Part shown: in pieces, positions 59,158 to 64,000 of the stretch
Position numbering within the stretch: the first letter of the stretch is position 1
Layout: each line of letters starts with the position of its first letter
NCBI GenBank assembly: GCA_963792585.1
Contig: CAWBWI010000006.1
Span: 224,001 to 288,000 of the forward strand
Length of the DNA: 64,000 nt
Direction of reading: 5' to 3'
Origin: Candidatus Eiseniibacteriota bacterium
Lineage (GTDB): Bacteria > Eisenbacteria > RBG-16-71-46 > CAIMUX01 > VGJL01
Notes under the pieces: model-generated
What the model was told of the DNA's origin: nothing
Databases searched by the model: none
Seen by the model: the letters and a program-made list of their open reading frames with translations, nothing else
Position numbers and translations under genes: made by a program

Positions 59158-59760
59158 ATGACGCACGAGCGCCCCGCCGCGATTCTCTGCCTTGCAGGAC
59201 TCGTTCTCGCCGCCGGCCTGTCGCCGGCGACGGCCCAACAGCGCGCGGCCCAGCAGCGCCCGTCGGGCGAGATCATCCCCGTGCCCATCGACAAGATCGA
59301 CGTCGATGACGGCGACACCGCCACGATCCGCTGGTCCGACGGCGATCGCGAGGTGGTCCGGTTCCTGGGGATCGACACCCCGGAGATCGCCCACCCGGAG
59401 TTCAATCTCCCCTTCGACCAGCCCTTCGGACGCGAGGCGGCCGGGTTCGCGAAGGGCGCGTTCGCCGTGGCGCGACGCGTGGGCTTGAGACGCGCCGCGA
59501 TGAAGGACCCGTACGGTCGCACCCTGGGCTATCTGTATCTGGACGGTCGCAACTACTCGCCGATGATCTTGAAGGCGCGACTGGCCTACGAGACGGCCTC
59601 GCGATACGGCGACAACGGCTTGGCGCCGCAGGCCGATTCCTGCCTGACGGCCGGTCGGGAAGCGGGGGCCCTCCCCTTCGAGGACCCGCACGACTATCGC
59701 CAGCGGATGCGGCTCTACAGCGATTGGCTCAAGGCCAACACGGAGAAGCCGAAGAACTGA
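59158..59760 (+). CDS. Secreted thermonuclease (SNase family)
   Basis: DDGDT, VRFLGIDTPE, DPYGRTLGY; signal peptide. Confidence 0.9.
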   Translation: MTHERPAAILCLAGLVLAAGLSPATAQQRAAQQRPSGEIIPVPIDKIDVDDGDTATIRWSDGDREVVRFLGIDTPEIAHPEFNLPFDQPFGREAAGFAKGAFAVARRVGLRRAAMKDPYGRTLGYLYLDGRNYSPMILKARLAYETASRYGDNGLAPQADSCLTAGREAGALPFEDPHDYRQRMRLYSDWLKANTEKPKN

Positions 59761-59773
59761 GCGGCGAAGAGAA

Positions 59774-61297
59774 TCAGTCGGATCCGGTGACGATCCGCCG
59801 GCCGTCGTAAGAGGGCCGGATCGATCCCTTCTGCTTGACGTAGTCGATCAGCAGATCGAGCCGCGTGCGGCCCGTGTCCTTTACCTCGACGTCCTTGAGG
59901 GCGAAGCCGGCGAAGTAGGAATTCGAGGAGCCCGTGTAGATCCGATCGTCCGCGATCGGCTCTCCACCCACGGTGGCTTCGATCAGTTCCCCGTTCTGCA
60001 TCATGTAGCGGATCCCCGAGACGGCGGGCGCGTGCTTGCGGAGGATCTTCTTCAACTCCTCACCCCGCAGGTTGAAGGTGACGATCGTGTTGTGGAACGG
60101 GTCGACCGTGGCCATGTCGGCGCGCGTGATGGGTCCCTGGATCAGGGGCGATCGCACTCCGCCGAGATTCTCCATCTCGATCTCGGTGCCCATCGTCTCG
60201 CGAATCGCATCGGCGACGAAGTTGTACTCGGCGCGATCCACGCCGATCCCCGCGAAATCGCCCTCCGCCGTGCCGAGAACCTCACCGTAACGAACGGCGA
60301 TCGGCTTCCAGTAGCCGTCGATGATGGCGGCCACAGCCAGATCGGGCTCGATCGACGCGGTCACGGGGATCAATCGAACCCGGTAGCGGTCCACCTTCCA
60401 GGCGCCCTGCGAGTCCTTCTCGAAGAGCAGATCCAGCCGCCCGAGTTCGCCTCCCCATTGATGCGCCTGCACGATGATGGTGCCGTTGATCTCGTCGGAC
60501 TTCAGATCCTCGGAGCGCCAGATGAATTCCCCCGAGGGAAGCCGGGAGTGCGAGTGGCCTCCGACGATCACGTCGATCCCCGGCACCTCCCCGGCCAGTC
60601 TCCTGTCCACATCCTGGCCGCAGTGGGAAATGAGGACGACGATGTCGCACTGAGGGCGAATCTCGTCGACGACCGAGCGGGCCGTCTCGATCTCGCCGCC
60701 GATCGTCACCCCCTCCTTCGCGGCCGGATAGGTCGCGGTCTCGTGGGTCACCATGCCGAAGACCCCCACGCGGACGCCGTCCACGACGCGGATCTCATAC
60801 GGTTTCGCCAGGAGCTTGCCCGTCGCGGTCTCGACCGCGTTCGCGCAGAGGATCGGGTACTTCGCCAGAGCGATCAGCTTCTTCGTTTGCGACAACGGAT
60901 TGTTGAACTCGTGATTGCCCAACGTCGCGAGGTCGTAACCCGCGGCCCCCATCGCCGCGACGTCCGCCTCGCCGTGGTACTCGGCGGAGAACGGTGTGCC
61001 GTCCGAGAAGTCTCCGGCGTCGACGAGCCAGACCGTCCCACCCTGCTGCGCGGCCTCCCGGCGGATCTGCGCGGCGAGGGTCGTCCGGCGGGCGATGCCC
61101 CCGATGTCCCGGCGCTCGCTCATCCCGGCGACGTCGGAGCCCGGCGATGCGATCGCCGGATAGCTGAACGGCTGCAGGTGACCGTGGGTGTCGTTCGTGT
61201 GGAGGATCGTCAGGGTGGCGGCCGGCGCATTCGCGAATCCGACGACAACGAGCGATAGACCGAGAATCAGCGGCAGCAGGCGGGAACGGATGTTCAT
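59774..61297 (-). CDS. Secreted bifunctional metallophosphatase/5'-nucleotidase
   Basis: LHTNDTHG, DAGD, GNHEF, GGHSH, NLGGVR motifs. Confidence 0.93.
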   Translation of the reverse strand: MNIRSRLLPLILGLSLVVVGFANAPAATLTILHTNDTHGHLQPFSYPAIASPGSDVAGMSERRDIGGIARRTTLAAQIRREAAQQGGTVWLVDAGDFSDGTPFSAEYHGEADVAAMGAAGYDLATLGNHEFNNPLSQTKKLIALAKYPILCANAVETATGKLLAKPYEIRVVDGVRVGVFGMVTHETATYPAAKEGVTIGGEIETARSVVDEIRPQCDIVVLISHCGQDVDRRLAGEVPGIDVIVGGHSHSRLPSGEFIWRSEDLKSDEINGTIIVQAHQWGGELGRLDLLFEKDSQGAWKVDRYRVRLIPVTASIEPDLAVAAIIDGYWKPIAVRYGEVLGTAEGDFAGIGVDRAEYNFVADAIRETMGTEIEMENLGGVRSPLIQGPITRADMATVDPFHNTIVTFNLRGEELKKILRKHAPAVSGIRYMMQNGELIEATVGGEPIADDRIYTGSSNSYFAGFALKDVEVKDTGRTRLDLLIDYVKQKGSIRPSYDGRRIVTGSD

Positions 61298-61466
61298 GGG
61301 GAGGCTCCTTCGTTTCCGGGGTTGGACGACACGCCAGCCTAGCGGCTGCCGCGTCGGACGACAAGACGGACGCCCGGCAAGCGCCCGGGCTGCCCGTGGA
61401 TTCCGCGCAAATCCGGCCCGAACCGCCTTGATAGCGGAGGGTCGGAGGGCTTACTCTCTCTCCCCT

Positions 61467-63266
61467 ATGTGGTTTTGGGACGAGGAGCAGCCGGAGGACG
61501 AGAAGCACATCCGGCATCTGAGCGTGCGGGAGATGGGACGGCGCGCCCTCCCGTTGCTCCGGCCGCACCGCGGCCTCCTCGGTCTCGGCGTGGCCTTCCT
61601 TCTCATCTCGGTCGCCGCGGAACTCGCCGGCCCGATCGTCCTGCGACGCCTGATCGATCATGACATCGCGGCGGGCGCGCGCGCCGGGATCCTCAGGAGC
61701 GCGGCGATCTACGCAGCGCTCTTCATCATCGGCACGATCGCCGGCTACTTCCAGGTCGTGGTCCTCACCCGCATGGGACTGCGGATCGTCACATCGATCA
61801 AGAAGCAGCTCTTCGACCACCTTCTCGGCCTCTCGCTCGCCTATTTCGACAAGAACCCTCCGGGGAAGCTCCTCGCGCGCGTGGAGTCGGACAGCGAGCG
61901 GCTCCAGATGCTCTTCTCGGAGGTCTCCCTGGCCATCGCTCGCACGGGGATTCTCTTCCTGGGAACCGTTGCGGTGATGCTCGCGGCGGACTGGCGCGTC
62001 ACCTGCGCGATCGTCTCCCTCTCGGTCCCCCTCGTCGTCGGGACCGTCCTCTACTTCCGCTGGATGCGCGGCCTCTACCGGCGGGTGCGGGCGCTCTACG
62101 CGCGGATTTCGACCTACGTCACCGAGTACGTGCAGGGCGTGCCGATCCTCCAGCTCTTCGGCTACGAGGCGCGCGCCCGGGAGCGACTCGCGCGGCTCAA
62201 CCAGGATAAGCTGGTCGCGGAACGCACCTCGTCGCTCTTCGAATACGGCTTCTGGGGATTCCTGACCGCGGTCGAGGTCGGCGCCGTCATGGTGATCCTC
62301 TACCTCGGCTCCGGGAGGATCCTGGGCATCACGGTCACCGTCGGGACGCTCGTTCTCTTCATCGAGTACACGAGACGTATCTTCTGGCCCCTCGCGCAGT
62401 TCTCGGAGCAGCTCAACTTCATCCAGCGCGCGTTCGCTTCGGCCGACCGTGTCTTCTCGATCCTCGACACGCCGTCGCGGACCCCGGACCGCCCCGACGC
62501 CCTCGAACGCGTGCCCGATCGCTGGAAGGAACTGGCCTTCGAGGAGGTCTCCTTCGAGTACGACGGCGGGGCGAAGGCCCTCGACGGCGTCTCCTTCCGG
62601 ATCCGCCGCGGCGAGAAGGTCGCGGTCGTCGGACTCTCGGGCGGCGGCAAGACGACGTCACGAACATGCTGCTGCGATTCTACGAGCCGACCTCGGGGCG
62701 CATCGCGCTGGACGGGTGCGACATCCGCGACTACCGGCAGAACGCCTGGCGCGAGAAGATCGGGCTCGTGCTCCAGGAAATCCATCTCTTTCCCGGGACG
62801 GTCGAGGAGAACCTGCGAGCGCTGAACGACGGCGTGGAGCGACCGCAGCCTCGAACGGGCCGTCCGGATCGTCGGCGCCGAGGAGGTCATCGCGCGGCTT
62901 CCGAAGGGCTACGAGGAGCCGCTGTCCGAGGGCGGAGCGAACCTGTCGATGGGAGAGCGGCAGTTGCTGTCCTTCGCGCGCGCGGTCGTCCGCGACCCCG
63001 ACCTCCTGGTCCTCGACGAGGCGACCTCATCGGTGGACCCGGCGACCGAGCGGCGACTGCAGGAGTCGGTCGAGCGGATCCTCGCGGGGCGGACTTCGCT
63101 CGTCATCGCTCACCGGCTGGCCACCATCGTGAGCGCCGACCGCATCCTCGTGCTTCACAAGGGCCGACTCGTCGATGAGGGAACGCACCGGGAGCTCTAC
63201 GAGCACGGCGGGATCTACCGCGATCTCTTCGACCTCCAGTTCAAGAGCGGGACGGAGGCGTCATGA
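61467..63266 (+). pseudogene. ABC exporter half-transporter (TMD+NBD), frameshifted as assembled
   Basis: TMD, Walker A GLSGGGKTT, signature LSMGERQ, LVLDEATS; split by indels near 62658 and 62840, probably sequence errors. Confidence 0.8.
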
Positions 63267-64000
63267 ACCGGCACGAACACATCGCCTGGCTCGCGGCGTT
63301 CTGGAAACCGCACCGGAAGTTCCTGGTGTTCCTCTTCTTCTTCACGATCGTCTCGAGCGCGGTCGCGATCGCTTACCCGCTCGTCTTCCGGCGGGTGATC
63401 GACGGAGTCTACCGCTCGATGGCGGCGTCCAACCCCCAGGGGGCCGAGCTGACGAAGCTCCTCGGCATCCTCGCGTTGATCGCCTTCGGCCGATTCGTCG
63501 CGGGGTTCTATCCGGCGTTCCGCGCCTGGATGAATCTGAAGCTCGAGAAGGACGTGCGCGAGAAGGTCTTCGGCTCGATGCTCGAGAAGGACTACACGTT
63601 CTTCGGCAAGTTCCGGACCGGCGACATCGTCACGCGGCTCACCGACGACATCGCCGAGTACCCGCGCATCGCGTGGTTCGGCTGCTCGGGAGTCTTCCGG
63701 TTCGTCGATTCCTCCTCGAAGTTCCTCTTCTGCGTCGGCGCGATGCTGCTCCTCGACTGGCGCCTCGCGCTGCTCTCGATGATCCCGATCCCGATCATGA
63801 TCTTCGTCGTCTATCGCGCGCAGCGCGCCCTCGCCACGACCTACAAGAAGCAGCAGGAAGCGGTTTCGCGGACGAACAGTCAGATCGAGTCCGCCTTCGC
63901 CGGGATCCGGATCGTGAAGGCGTTCAACGCCGAGGGGGGGCAGACGCTCCCGGCTCGCAGATGTCCTGGAGGAGCGGATCGGCATCCAGTTGAGGCTCGC
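63263..64000 (+). CDS. Second ABC exporter half-transporter, 5' part (runs off the window)
   Basis: ATGA overlap; MNRHEHIAWLAAFWKPH.., FRTGDIVTRLTDD, FAGIRIVKAF; probable extra base near 63950. Confidence 0.82.
   Translation, partial: MNRHEHIAWLAAFWKPHRKFLVFLFFFTIVSSAVAIAYPLVFRRVIDGVYRSMAASNPQGAELTKLLGILALIAFGRFVAGFYPAFRAWMNLKLEKDVREKVFGSMLEKDYTFFGKFRTGDIVTRLTDDIAEYPRIAWFGCSGVFRFVDSSSKFLFCVGAMLLLDWRLALLSMIPIPIMIFVVYRAQRALATTYKKQQEAVSRTNSQIESAFAGIRIVKAFNAEGGQTLPARRCPGGADRHPVEAR

Noticed and set aside
62640..62860. Programmed ribosomal frameshifting in the ABC gene
   Set aside because: No slippery heptamer; two compensating indels plus a third nearby fit sequence error better.

Overview
High-GC (roughly two-thirds by eye) bacterial chromosomal window with about 51 CDSs. 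I recognised no rRNA, tRNA, CRISPR array, integrase or transposase. Gene families point to an FCB-associated diderm, possibly Ca. Eisenbacteria or Krumholzibacteriota-like (inference from TonB/TBDR/DUF4249, DUF3078, an FlgD-Ig-type C-terminal domain and a C-terminal SWGxIK motif). Content in order: TetR-TolC-MFP(-RND) efflux operon; SPFH/zinc-ribbon pair; a large DUF222-like HNH gene surrounded by repeats and hairpins; Cache chemoreceptor plus porin; a ~13 kb maltodextrin locus (two GH13, MalEFGK-like, two glucodextranase DOMON-like proteins, an unusual 721-aa OM protein); PAS kinase, DUF3078, aqpZ, RNase II-family; ECF sigma with a VWA-less YfbK-like partner; TonB-TBDR-DUF4249; peptidases; a second ECF module; Wzi; YtxH cluster; an orphan pnp; tandem BsuPI lipoprotein; thermonuclease and 5'-nucleotidase; two ABC half-transporters with indels at the window end. 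Best finding: a selenoprotein truncated by the ORF track (46361-46900, LRHFG-U-IFC, with a downstream bSECIS-like hairpin). It lies in an ECF sigma/ZAS anti-sigma operon preceded by two back-to-back GTAAC-N16-CGTC promoter motifs. Other strong leads: the LamB/SusC-independent maltodextrin system, the HNH element architecture and the VWA-deleted YfbK-like protein. All family calls come from motif recognition by eye; no searches were run.
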